From: Candidatus Latescibacterota bacterium
Lineage (GTDB): Bacteria; Latescibacterota; UBA2968; GCA-2709665
Assembly: GCA_965116875.1 (NCBI GenBank)
Contig: OZ220733.1
Location: 1,728,001-1,792,000 of the forward strand
Reading direction: 5' to 3'
DNA length: 64,000 bases
The notes under the pieces were generated by a model. That model made no database searches and was not told the origin of the DNA. It worked only from the letters and a program-made list of their open reading frames with translations. How positions within the stretch are numbered: the first letter of the stretch is position 1; each line of letters opens with the position of its first letter. A program made the position numbers and the translations under genes. Below are positions 37,863 through 47,425 of the stretch, piece by piece.

Positions 37863-38687
37863 TTATCGCTCCTTCAGCCGAATCGACCCGTTCACCGTCT
37901 TCAGATGAATCAGTTCCCCGCCGCCGTTGATGACGCCGTCGACGGACTTGCTGATGAGGCCCTTCACGGTAACCGGAAAATCCGTATTGATCTTCCCGTT
38001 CACCGTGGATGCTTTCAGGTTTGCATTCAGCCCTTTTGGCAGCGTCGCCTCGATACCGCCGTTCGTCGTTGCGGCGCGGATCTCGTGCTGTTGTTCGCCG
38101 CTCCCGCCAACCGCCACCTCGATGCTTCCGTTCGTCGTTTTCGCGTTGATTGGACCCAGGACGTCAGAGAGCCCGATTTTTCCGTTTGTCATCCCCGCCC
38201 GAATCGATCCAACGATGCGAGCAAGCCCGATCCGGCCGTTGGTCGTCTTTGCATCGACGGCGCCGGAAATATCCTTGACCTCTATGGTTCCATTGATCGT
38301 TTTCAGTTCCAGATCCATCATCTCAGGTACGTTAACTGTATAGGCGACGCTGACGTTCCGGTTCCTTCCTGGCTTTTTGGGTGCGTCCGTGCGGATATCG
38401 ATCCCCTGCTCGGTCCGGTCGAACTGCACCGTGGACTTCTCCAGAAGCCTCCTCGCCTCGTCTTCGCTTTCGGCACGTGCGCGCTTGACCGCCTTCATCT
38501 TCACTTCGTGCCGGTCCCAGGAATTGACCGATATATCCCCGTTCACGTTGACAATGGCGAGTCGTCCCCCCGGCGCAACCTCGACGGAACGCTCGACGAC
38601 CTCCTCTTCGACGACCTTCCCCGCGCCGCAGCCGGCGGGCAACAGACTAATGCTGAACGTCGCGATCAGAATGCAAACCGGTCTCAT
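37863..38687 (-). CDS. DUF4097-type beta-strand-repeat lipoprotein
   Basis: Lipobox-like LPAGC; repeated TxNGxI motifs; GGAGG RBS. Confidence 0.85.
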   Translation of the reverse strand: MRPVCILIATFSISLLPAGCGAGKVVEEEVVERSVEVAPGGRLAIVNVNGDISVNSWDRHEVKMKAVKRARAESEDEARRLLEKSTVQFDRTEQGIDIRTDAPKKPGRNRNVSVAYTVNVPEMMDLELKTINGTIEVKDISGAVDAKTTNGRIGLARIVGSIRAGMTNGKIGLSDVLGPINAKTTNGSIEVAVGGSGEQQHEIRAATTNGGIEATLPKGLNANLKASTVNGKINTDFPVTVKGLISKSVDGVINGGGELIHLKTVNGSIRLKER

Positions 38688-38766
38688 GCGGCAGCTACCT
38701 CCAGGTTGGGTTGTCGAATAAACCTTTTCTCGAGAGTCAGGAATTTTGTCCAAAATGCCGTTTCAA

Positions 38767-38907
38767 TTACCGTGGGTTGTATTTCTCGACAAACCTCTCC
38801 ACAGCTCTCACAAACCGGAAAGCCAATAGCAGGCCGTAGATGACCACTGCCGCGACCAAACCCATATATATGACGCCCATCATGGGAATCCATTCCGTAT
38901 GTAACAT
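38767..38907 (-). CDS. 46-aa single-TM small membrane protein
   Basis: GGAGG RBS then MLHTEWIPMMGVIYMGLVAAVVIYGLLLAFRFVRAVERFVEKYNPR; co-oriented within the operon. Confidence 0.65.
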   Translation of the reverse strand: MLHTEWIPMMGVIYMGLVAAVVIYGLLLAFRFVRAVERFVEKYNPR

Positions 38908-38998
38908 TGTTCCGTCCTCCGCAAAAAAGGGTCGATGACGTCGGTACGTGAAAGGCTTACTTGAAGAGAAAATACGCGAGTCTGAACGGTTCTGCAGC

Positions 38999-41362
38999 TT
39001 ATTCGTACCGCAATGCATCCACAGGGTTCGCACGGGCCGCCCGGATCGTCCGGGCACTCACCGTCAGCAGCACGACCGCCAGCGTCAGCAAACCTCCCAG
39101 AACGAACGTACCCACTCCCGGTCCGATACGATACGCGAAATCCCGCAACCACCGATCCATCGCCCACCAGGCGACCGGCCACGCGATTACATTCGCAACC
39201 CCCACCAGCAGCACGAACTCACGCGATAACAGACTCACGACGTCCGTCACACTTGCGCCCGATATTTTGCGGATGCCGATCTCCTTCGTCCGCCGGGTCA
39301 CGGCAAAAGCCGTCAATCCAAACGCCCCCAGACAGGCAACAAAAACCGCAAACATCGTTCCGTACACGATTATTCGATGCAGTCGCTCTTCGGTTCGGTA
39401 TTGGCGATCGATGCTTTCGTCGAGAAATGAATAGTGAAATCCCGGAGACTGTGTGACGGCTTCCCATCGATCCTTCATATATGCCAGTGTGCCGGGGATA
39501 TCTTCGGGGCGTACCCGCACCAGCAATCGGCGGAATTGATAATCCGGCTCGCATTTCAGGAGTGCGGGGCCGATCTTGTGGTGGAGAGATCGAAAATGAA
39601 AATCCCTCACCACCCCGATCACCGTCATTTCATTGAAAAATTTCAATGTTTTTCCGATCGGCGACCCCGGTCCCATTTGCCTGGCCAGCGTTTCGTTGAT
39701 TATCACGGACGCAGCAACGTCGGTCCCAAGATCCCGTGAATAATTCCGACCTTCGATCACTTCGATGTCCAGAGTCGGCACAAAGTCGTAATCAACGAAG
39801 AAGATCTCCACGCCCTTGAGGCCGATACCATCGTAAGATACACCACCGCGCGACTGTTGTCTGTTGTCCATCAGGTGGAACATTCCGGTCACGCCGAGAA
39901 TCGCGTGATGAGACAGGAGCGCGTCCCGATAGGTTTCAGCGCCATTGTTCTCCAGGTCTCGCAGCTTGCCGAGTTGACCGACGGCGATCAGGTGTTCACT
40001 GTCGAAGCCGAGAGGTTTTGCCCGCAGATGATCAAGCTGAAAGGTCACGATCAGGGCACAGATGACCAGAGCCGCGGACATCGCGATCTGGAAGACCAGG
40101 AGAAATCGGCCGAAAAATCCGGCGCCGCCAATTCTCAATCTGCCTGTCAGCACGTGAATCGGCATGAAACCGGAGATGACAAACGCCGGGTAGCTGCCGG
40201 CAAGCAATCCTACAACCAGGGCCAGACCGATCAACGCCGCAAATGCCGTTCCATCCAGATTCGCAACCAATGAAAGTTCCTGGTCCATCAAGCTGTTGAA
40301 CAACGGCATCAGCACTTCTGCCAGCACAAGGCCGACCAACAATGCGATAAGACTCAGGAGTATCGATTCCAATAGAAATCGCACAATGACCTGAGGTTTG
40401 TGCGCGCCAACCACCTTTCGTATACCAACTTCCCGCGCCCGGGATGGCGACCGTGCCAGCGCGAGGGTCGTAAAATTCACGCACGCGATAAATAGCGTCA
40501 GAACAGCAACACACAGCAGAATGTAGCCATATGCTGGGTCCGTGGCAGGTTCGGACGCACCGATATTCGGACTGAAATGCACATCCGCGAGCGGCTGCAG
40601 TTTCATTTCTTCCTTTTCACCCATGATGGGCCACGACCATTTCACGAAACGCGGGAACAAGCCTTCCAGCCCCGCAACGTCGATCTGATCGCGCAACAAC
40701 ACGTAGATGCTGGTATTGCTTACCATATTCCACGTGTTGAGCGCGTCCTCAACGTTCTCATAGGGCTGCAGACAGTCGAACTGAATGCTGGACGTTGAGG
40801 GAATATCCTTCAGGATGCCCGTAATCAGGGCCTGGTGCGCTTCTGAGTCTCTGGTAAATGATATCGATTTACCTATTGGATCTTCTCCACCGAAGTATCT
40901 CCGAGCCATTTTTTCCGTTATGACGATGGCATCCTTGCGATCAAGCGCTGTTTCCAGGTCGCCCTTCAACATCGGAAATGTAAAGACATCCCGGAAACCC
41001 GGATCGACATATGCAATTCGTGCCCGAAATGAACGGTCTTTGGTTCTGAATGTGTGAGACGTGTAGTAAATTCTCACCACCCGTTGCATTTGTGTGGGAA
41101 ATGCTTCCGCCAACGCAGGACCGAGAGGTCCCGGCATCGTCGCCATGGCGACACTTCCCCCGCCCGCTTCTCCTCTGCTGTACACGCGATATATCCGTTC
41201 TGCTTTTTCGTGAAATGCGTCAAAAGACCATTCGTGCCGCACATACAGAACCGCCAGAATGGAAACAGAAATCCCAATCGCCAGCCCGACGACATTGATC
41301 GCCGAATACGCCTTAAAGCGCATCAGGTTCCGGTATGCTGCGATCAGGTAGTTACGAAACAT
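38999..41362 (-). CDS. MacB/FtsX-family ABC permease, paralog 3
   Basis: MFRNYL...REVGIRK...RTKEIGIRK...ANPVDALRYE. Confidence 0.93.
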   Translation of the reverse strand: MFRNYLIAAYRNLMRFKAYSAINVVGLAIGISVSILAVLYVRHEWSFDAFHEKAERIYRVYSRGEAGGGSVAMATMPGPLGPALAEAFPTQMQRVVRIYYTSHTFRTKDRSFRARIAYVDPGFRDVFTFPMLKGDLETALDRKDAIVITEKMARRYFGGEDPIGKSISFTRDSEAHQALITGILKDIPSTSSIQFDCLQPYENVEDALNTWNMVSNTSIYVLLRDQIDVAGLEGLFPRFVKWSWPIMGEKEEMKLQPLADVHFSPNIGASEPATDPAYGYILLCVAVLTLFIACVNFTTLALARSPSRAREVGIRKVVGAHKPQVIVRFLLESILLSLIALLVGLVLAEVLMPLFNSLMDQELSLVANLDGTAFAALIGLALVVGLLAGSYPAFVISGFMPIHVLTGRLRIGGAGFFGRFLLVFQIAMSAALVICALIVTFQLDHLRAKPLGFDSEHLIAVGQLGKLRDLENNGAETYRDALLSHHAILGVTGMFHLMDNRQQSRGGVSYDGIGLKGVEIFFVDYDFVPTLDIEVIEGRNYSRDLGTDVAASVIINETLARQMGPGSPIGKTLKFFNEMTVIGVVRDFHFRSLHHKIGPALLKCEPDYQFRRLLVRVRPEDIPGTLAYMKDRWEAVTQSPGFHYSFLDESIDRQYRTEERLHRIIVYGTMFAVFVACLGAFGLTAFAVTRRTKEIGIRKISGASVTDVVSLLSREFVLLVGVANVIAWPVAWWAMDRWLRDFAYRIGPGVGTFVLGGLLTLAVVLLTVSARTIRAARANPVDALRYE

Positions 41363-41614
41363 CAAATCCCTCTTTGAAACCGCCGGGCGGCGACAATCAT
41401 CTACCCTGTAAAATCACACGTAATCTTCATCGAAGCTCGCTTCCGCCACTTCGCCAGTTCCCTGTTGAGATCAGCATCGTCTCTCGATCAGGAAAACACA
41501 AGTTCTCACCAGGTGTCTGGCTGGTACTGTGCGAATTGTCCACGCGCCACATGGCCGGCCGATACGGCGCGAGTTCGGCGCGCCGGAATCCAGTGGCTCT
41601 CCGGTTGTGACCGC

Positions 41615-42019
41615 TTAGAATAGCCATGTGCCTGGATTCGGGTAGGCCTCGCCTCGCAGGTCGTACATCAGCCCCTTTGTGCACCGGACGATAGTCCAGA
41701 TCACGCCGAATATCCACCCGGCTGAGCCTGCCGCAATCATCAGGCCCATCAGGCCGAAATCGTCAGAGAACACAAACCCGATCGAGGAAACAATGGCCGC
41801 GAAGGCGATCAGGATGTAAAGCCATCCAATCCAGAACGTCCGAATCTGAAACCGATAGTGCGAAACCAGCCCATCCGGCGCATCCGATCGGCACACATAG
41901 GCCAGGACGACACCCGCCAATCCTCCGATAGGACCGATAAAGAACTCGGCCAGGAATAGTATGTAGACGACCCTTGCGGCGGAAATGGTATCCAGATGTC
42001 TCAGTACCGTATCAGGCAT
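41615..42019 (-). CDS. DUF4870-like integral membrane protein
   Basis: VVYIL...GVVLAYV...SHYRFQIRTFW...IVRCTKGL...YPNPGTW; AGGAGG RBS. Confidence 0.8.
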   Translation of the reverse strand: MPDTVLRHLDTISAARVVYILFLAEFFIGPIGGLAGVVLAYVCRSDAPDGLVSHYRFQIRTFWIGWLYILIAFAAIVSSIGFVFSDDFGLMGLMIAAGSAGWIFGVIWTIVRCTKGLMYDLRGEAYPNPGTWLF

Positions 42020-42093
42020 GGTGTCCTCCTATCGGGAACGACACCCATGATCGAACGATGGGAATTGTGGGGCCTCCCGGCGGTTTATCCTCT

Positions 42094-42210
42094 TGCGATT
42101 ATCGTGCCATGAATTCAACTTATTAAATAACAATTATATATGTAATCCTTGTCCAATGACGCTGTTCGGCAAGTGTTCGAAAATGATACACTATTGTCCG
42201 AAAACGGACA
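42094..42210 (-). promoter_or_regulatory. Sigma54 promoter (TGGCACGATAATCGCA) heading the exporter operon, with enhancer boxes
   Basis: GG-N10-GC at 42094-42109; TGTTCGAAAATGATACA at 42174-42190 and TGTCCG-AAAA-CGGACA at 42195-42210. Confidence 0.78.
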
Positions 42211-42613
42211 CTGCGACAATACTCAGGACTATTTTCCGTAAAGCAGCTCATCACCTCGAAAATCTCGCGTCTCACATCTTGCCTTTTTTTCGTCCTTCTT
42301 CCTTCCTCCTTCTCCCGGCTCTTGGCGAACCGCCCCTACAAATGCCTCCATCCGCAATATTGATATTGCCTTATTATGCGCCGTCGTTGCATTTGTAGGG
42401 GCAACCCTCGTGGTTGCCCGCCTTTAGCGATCGCCCACATAACGGCACAGACATCGCCGATAGATTTCGCTTGGCCATATTGCTTACGGTGTTAGCTGAA
42501 GGCTGATAGCTGACGCCTGACGGCAGGTTTTGATTTCCTGGAACAAAACCACACGGAAAACGATCAAATCCATGAAACCAACGATGTACTTACTTCAAAA
42601 GGGGGTGGTGACC

Positions 42614-42688
42614 GTGCCACAGATCAAACGGCGAAGACGCCGCCCGAGGCTCATATTCGTCAAGGGTCAACGGCGACCAAAGGGATAA
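42614..42688 (+). CDS. Candidate 24-aa Arg-rich peptide (MPQIKRRRRRPRLIFVKGQRRPKG)
   Basis: AAGGGGGTGG SD before a GTG start; followed by a terminator; an in-frame ATG also lies at 42572. Confidence 0.35.
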   Translation: MPQIKRRRRRPRLIFVKGQRRPKG

Positions 42689-42700
42689 TTTAGCGCAAAG

Positions 42701-42736
42701 AACCACCGGTCCTGGAGAGAGGCCGGTGGTTTTTTT
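42701..42736 (+). terminator. Rho-independent terminator
   Basis: ACCACCGGTC/GGCCGGTGGT stem followed by a T tract. Confidence 0.75.
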
Positions 42737-42752
42737 CATACGACCCTCCGCA

Positions 42753-42888
42753 AGTGGGTAGACGTAAGACGTGAGAGGGTAGAGATTGCCTGCCCGGTGG
42801 GGGTTTCAGTTCGAGCCATCGGCAAACAGGTGTAGCCTGTCGGGAAAGGATCTCATCTCCCGTCTTCCGTCTTACGTCTCCCCGCTTT
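42753..42888. repeat. E-family element overlapping the MFS 3' end
   Basis: The arm AAAAGCGGGGAGACGTAA encodes the last codons KSGET* of the MFS gene. Confidence 0.7.
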
Positions 42889-44038
42889 TAGGTATTTTCC
42901 ATACCAGCAGAACGCCGGCGATCATCAGAGCCGCGCTGACTTCGAATGCCCGCCGAAGGCCATAGGCGTCGCCCATCATACCCAGCAGCAGCATTGCCAG
43001 CCCCCGAAGCGCAAATCCCCCGCCCATATAGATCCCGTTGGCGAACGCCCGGTTCTCCGGGCAGCTTTCCTGCACCATCGCCATGACCACGGGACCCGTC
43101 GACAGCGCGACAAAGCCCAGGACGACCAGGACCGGGAACAGAAACCATCCCTGGCTGTCGAGAAAGACGAAGAGCAGAATGGGCGTCGCGATCATCGAAC
43201 AGCCCAGCACCCGCCTGCGTCCCAGCCTGTCGCTCACCCATCCGCCGATCAGCGCCCCCGCGATGCCCGCGCCTTCGAGGACCGAAAGGGACGCGCCGGC
43301 CAGCCACAGGCTCGCGCCCTCTTCGCTCAGGAACGTGGGAAGGAATGCGGTGAGCGAAGCCATCGTAAACGCGCGGACGAACACGATGCCGGACAAGGGT
43401 ACCATAACGGGCGCCATACGTTTCAGGGCGGACCGCCATGGCAGCGCCCTATAGAACGAAAACGCCTGCGCCGAAACACGCCTCATCCGAAACAACAGTA
43501 CGAGTGAGGCCACTACGCCCGCGGGAATCAGATAGGCCGTTCCGGCAACCCCCCACACGCCAACGACGCTCACGATCAGAATCGGCCCCAGCGTGCGGCC
43601 GAGTTCACCGCACAGCATCCAGATGCCCATGCCGCGACCCAGGTTCGGTCCGGACAGGGTTCCCGCCATCGCCGGTCCAACCGCGTGGAAGGCCGCGGAA
43701 CTGAAGCCGACGATCAACAGGAGCGCGACGAGCGTCGAGTACCCGCCCGCCACGCCGAGCAAACTCATCGCGATGCCCGTGACCGCGGGTCCGAGAATGA
43801 CGAGAAAGCGCAGATTCGAGCGGTCCGCCCGAAGTCCCACGATCGGCTGAAAGACCGACGGCGCCTGTCTCACGACCATCAGCATGCCGGCCTCGGTCTT
43901 GGTCAGAGACATGGTCTGAATGAAGACCGGCAGCAGGGGCGCGAGAAATCCGCTGTACGTATCGTGTACGGCGTGCCCGCCCGAAAGCATGAGCACGTCG
44001 GTGGTCTGGAAACGCTCTTCCTGCCGTTTCTGCGACAT
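42872..44038 (-). CDS. MFS transporter (Fsr/fosmidomycin-resistance-like)
   Basis: HAVHDTY..FLAPLLP, FQPIVGLRADR, SAAFH, GWVSDRLGRR; 12-TM pattern. Confidence 0.9.
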   Translation of the reverse strand: MSQKRQEERFQTTDVLMLSGGHAVHDTYSGFLAPLLPVFIQTMSLTKTEAGMLMVVRQAPSVFQPIVGLRADRSNLRFLVILGPAVTGIAMSLLGVAGGYSTLVALLLIVGFSSAAFHAVGPAMAGTLSGPNLGRGMGIWMLCGELGRTLGPILIVSVVGVWGVAGTAYLIPAGVVASLVLLFRMRRVSAQAFSFYRALPWRSALKRMAPVMVPLSGIVFVRAFTMASLTAFLPTFLSEEGASLWLAGASLSVLEGAGIAGALIGGWVSDRLGRRRVLGCSMIATPILLFVFLDSQGWFLFPVLVVLGFVALSTGPVVMAMVQESCPENRAFANGIYMGGGFALRGLAMLLLGMMGDAYGLRRAFEVSAALMIAGVLLVWKIPKSGET

Positions 44039-44278
44039 TGACTTCTCAAAATAAAAAGCGGTCCTGAATGACCGCTTTTCAAGCCTCTTCAATTCACAAA
44101 GCGGGAATTGACATGGATGGACAGAATAAAGTCACAAACGCAGGAAAATCGCCCGCGATTGCGGATTGCCCCAATGAATCCATGGACCGCAGACCGCGCA
44201 ACAACAATGTAGCCAACCTGATTCCATAACGTCAAGCTTGAAATCGTCCCTGGCGTCGCTCCCTGACGGCGCACCGAC

Positions 44279-45652
44279 TTATACGCGTACCCAGTACAGG
44301 TGGTTGTCTATTGTCTCGCCCTCAACCGTGTATCGGGAATCGCCCAGCGTGTAGATGAAGGACGGACGGGCGCCTGGCGGGATGGGATTGGCGCCATTCG
44401 TGCGTTCCAGGGAAGACATAAGCTGACCCTGTTCAGGGTCGAATGCCAGCACCTCACGCGGCGTGAATGTCTCCCCGTAATCGGACGATTCGAGCCAGAC
44501 GATCCGCGAGAGTTCCGGATGGTCGCGCAGCCAGAAGGAGGGCAGGCCATGGATGCCCGGGGCCCAGTTCTCATCCGGGTGCCCCAGGGCAACGATTTGG
44601 GCGAGAATGCACAGGACGTCGTCGGACGTTATGACCGGCTTGAAGGCGAGTACCCCCCAGCCGGGCCAGTGCGACGCCACGGCCTCGCCTAACGGCAGTC
44701 CGCGCCACCTCCCGGCGTCCGGCGTCTTCAGGAAAACGCGACATGGCGTGGGTGTGTGGCGGACGTAGCCGACGTAGGGACGGTCCTTCGAGTCGACGGC
44801 CAGGCCGCAGTGGTGAATGCCGGGCTTGGGGTTGTCGCTCTCGCCCTCCTCCAGCAGGTCAAGCGTTTCCGGCGTTGCCGGAAGCGGAACCGGCGTCCCG
44901 TCGTCCTTCTGCCAGGTGCAGCCGAAGTCGAGGGAACGCATGTAGCCCACGGCCTGGTACAGACCGGCCACGTCGCGTGAGTGCTCCCCCGCATTCGCCC
45001 TGCGCCCCAGGAAAAAGGCCATGCTCATATGCATTGTCTTCCGGTCCGGGCCCCAGGCCACGTCGTTGTTCATGCCGGTGTACCCGGTGAATCGCCGTTG
45101 CCGGGTCACGATCAGGCCGCGGCTTTGCCACGGCTCGGCAGTCGGTTTCTCCCACAATTCCATGCCTTTGTGGTCGCCGTCGCGGGCGAAGAGGTGAAGC
45201 GCGTCATCGGGGCCGCACAGGAGTACGGGATAGGTGTTTCGGCCGAAGGCCTCGACGGAGGTCCAGGCAGACGCATCGTGCGGACGCAGCGATCGCTGGT
45301 ACTGCAGAGGCGAGTTGTGCCCGCCCATGACCATGTGGAGGTAACCCTTGCTATCAACCGCAAGGGTGGGACGGGAATGCTCGTCGACGCCCTCGGCCAG
45401 GATGGGGCCGCCGGTCCACCGGTCCGTTTCATGATCGAGCGTGCGTACCCGTGCGAAGTACCTCTGATCGTACGAGTCCTGCCAGGCAACGTGGGTTTTT
45501 CCGCGGCAGGCAACGATCTTGTTCCCCGGCCCCTGGCTTGCGCGTTCGCCGGCGATCACGGACAGCAAGGCGTCGCCGCGTTTGCGATCGGCAGCGGCAA
45601 ACGGGTCGTCCACGTCGCAGTTCCTGATACGTTCGAACAATTCAGCTTCCAC
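44279..45652 (-). CDS. BNR-4/Asp-box beta-propeller protein
   Basis: DEHSRPTLAVDSKGYLHMVMGGHN, SLDFGCTW, SSDYGETF; GTG start after GGAGG. Confidence 0.8.
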   Translation of the reverse strand: MEAELFERIRNCDVDDPFAAADRKRGDALLSVIAGERASQGPGNKIVACRGKTHVAWQDSYDQRYFARVRTLDHETDRWTGGPILAEGVDEHSRPTLAVDSKGYLHMVMGGHNSPLQYQRSLRPHDASAWTSVEAFGRNTYPVLLCGPDDALHLFARDGDHKGMELWEKPTAEPWQSRGLIVTRQRRFTGYTGMNNDVAWGPDRKTMHMSMAFFLGRRANAGEHSRDVAGLYQAVGYMRSLDFGCTWQKDDGTPVPLPATPETLDLLEEGESDNPKPGIHHCGLAVDSKDRPYVGYVRHTPTPCRVFLKTPDAGRWRGLPLGEAVASHWPGWGVLAFKPVITSDDVLCILAQIVALGHPDENWAPGIHGLPSFWLRDHPELSRIVWLESSDYGETFTPREVLAFDPEQGQLMSSLERTNGANPIPPGARPSFIYTLGDSRYTVEGETIDNHLYWVRV

Positions 45653-45689
45653 TTGCTCTCCTCCCTTGCTGTTCATCGTGCGCGATTTG

Positions 45690-46061
45690 CAATAACCATC
45701 GGCGAAATCTGTCGGTCAGGTGTCGGTACAAGTTGCCATCGCGAGGAAGCGTCTGCGTAAGAAAGCCTGGTGCGGGCATTTCGACATTTCGACACCCTTC
45801 GACAGGCTCAGGGACCGAGCTCAATGCAGGCATGCTTGCTTCGACAAGCTCAGCACAGGCAATGACCACGCGTGGATATGCGATCTTAGACGTCGCTCAG
45901 AACGACATGCTGGCCTATAGTTAAGCACGACGCTTCCCGCTGTCATCCAGAGGAGGCGGAAGTTAAGGTGGGGCGGACATTCCTTTCTGCCCGCATGTCG
46001 ACGAATCGTCCGCGCACAAGTTTGTCTACAAAAGCCATATGCTACACGTTCGAGCGAGAAG
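45690..46061. repeat. D/C/A composite repeat forming the left flank and target of IS copy 1
   Basis: CTTCGACAGGCTCAG, GCTCAGAACGACA, TGTCATCCAGAGG, GGTGGGGCGGACATTCC, GCTACACGTTCGAGCGAGAAG. Confidence 0.85.
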
Positions 46062-46148
46062 TCACTATGTTAAAATGAGTTGAGCCTCAGCTTGTGAGAG
46101 TATACTTTGCCTTTGCCCGTAACAAACACTTTCACAAGGAGGCTCGTG

Positions 46149-47219
46149 ATGGCAAGGTATACCGTTGAAGCGTGGGATGGCAAGGATCTTTTCGTGGGCA
46201 TCGACATGCATCTCAAGCAGTGGCACGTGACGATTCTCAACGAGGATGGGTTGCGACTGTTCTCCAATCGCATCGCAGGCACAGCAGAGGCGATCGATAA
46301 GGTGTTGAGTCGTTATGGCGAAGCGAAAGAGATCTTTGCGGTGTATGAAGCCGGTTATTTCGGTTTCTGGTTATATGATTTTCTTGTCGATATGGGTGTG
46401 TCTGCTTCGGTGACGCCGCCGAGCCTGATCCCGAGCCAGAGTGGGAATCGGGTCAAGACGGATTCCATCGACAGCTTCAAGCTGGCGGATTATCTGAGGA
46501 CGGACCTGCTGGCATCGATCTATGTGCCGACGCATGAAGAGCGGTGCCACCGCCAAGTGAGTCGTCGCCGCCGGCAGTTCATCAAGGATCGGGTGCGTGT
46601 ACAACTACGGATCAAGGCCGAACTGCGGTATATGGGTTTGTATGTGCACGAAGAATCCAGAGGGACGTGGTCTGACAAGTTCGTGACCGCACTGCGTGGT
46701 GTGGACCTGGGGGAGCCGTGTGCGCAGGAAAGCTTCGAGAACATGCTGGAACAATACGATGATCTGTGTGAACTGGTGGGGCGCCAGACGAAAATGCTGT
46801 GGGAGCTTGCGCAAACAGACACGTATCGGGATCGGGTGGCGATCCTGACGTCGATCCCGGGCGTGGGATGCTTGTCTGCCATGGAGATCCTCCTGGAACT
46901 GCAGGATGTGGCGCGCTTCAAGAACGCAGATGCGCTGGCGGCCTACGTGGGGCTGACGCCCGGCCAGCACTCGTCGGGCGAGCACGTGAGGCACGGGCGC
47001 ATCACCCGCCAGGGAAAGCCCATTGTACGTGCGTTACTTACCCAGGCGGCCTGGCGCCTGATCGAGAAAGATCCCGCGATGCAGGAAAAATACGAACACT
47101 TGAAGGTGCGTGCCGGTGGCAAACGCGCCATCGTCGGTGTTGCCAGAATCCTGGTGGGCCGTATGCGCAGGATCCTGCTGAATGGAGAGCCCTATCAGCT
47201 GGGCCTCATCGCCGGGTGA
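46149..47219 (+). CDS. IS110-family DEDD recombinase/transposase
   Basis: VGIDMH, YEAG, KTDSIDS (RuvC-like DEDD); SIPGVG; GLTPGQHSSG (catalytic Ser); AAGGAGG RBS. Confidence 0.95.
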   Translation: MARYTVEAWDGKDLFVGIDMHLKQWHVTILNEDGLRLFSNRIAGTAEAIDKVLSRYGEAKEIFAVYEAGYFGFWLYDFLVDMGVSASVTPPSLIPSQSGNRVKTDSIDSFKLADYLRTDLLASIYVPTHEERCHRQVSRRRRQFIKDRVRVQLRIKAELRYMGLYVHEESRGTWSDKFVTALRGVDLGEPCAQESFENMLEQYDDLCELVGRQTKMLWELAQTDTYRDRVAILTSIPGVGCLSAMEILLELQDVARFKNADALAAYVGLTPGQHSSGEHVRHGRITRQGKPIVRALLTQAAWRLIEKDPAMQEKYEHLKVRAGGKRAIVGVARILVGRMRRILLNGEPYQLGLIAG

Positions 47220-47254
47220 ACACACGGTCGCAACAGATGCCTGCGCACGCACCG

Positions 47255-47425
47255 CTTTTGATCGCGGAGTACAGGGGACGGCGCCTACCGTCTTGTAGAC
47301 CCACAGGGTACTACGTAAGTGAAGTTTGCACGCCCCGTCCCCTATCGCACGGCTCCGGATAAATGACATGTCAGCGCCTGCACCAGGCGACTACGAATAG
47401 TAGATTGGTAGCGTTGCCCCAGCAT
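47255..47425 (+). ncRNA. Putative bridge/seek RNA of IS copy 1
   Basis: Stem GGGGACGG/CCGTCCCC encloses CTACCGTCTT (9/10 match to the target bottom strand); a second loop holds ATAGTAG, matching the donor junction. RNA limits are approximate. Confidence 0.7.

Noticed and set aside
42570-42740. T-box or attenuator leader
   Set aside because: No downstream same-strand gene to regulate and no clear T-box consensus.
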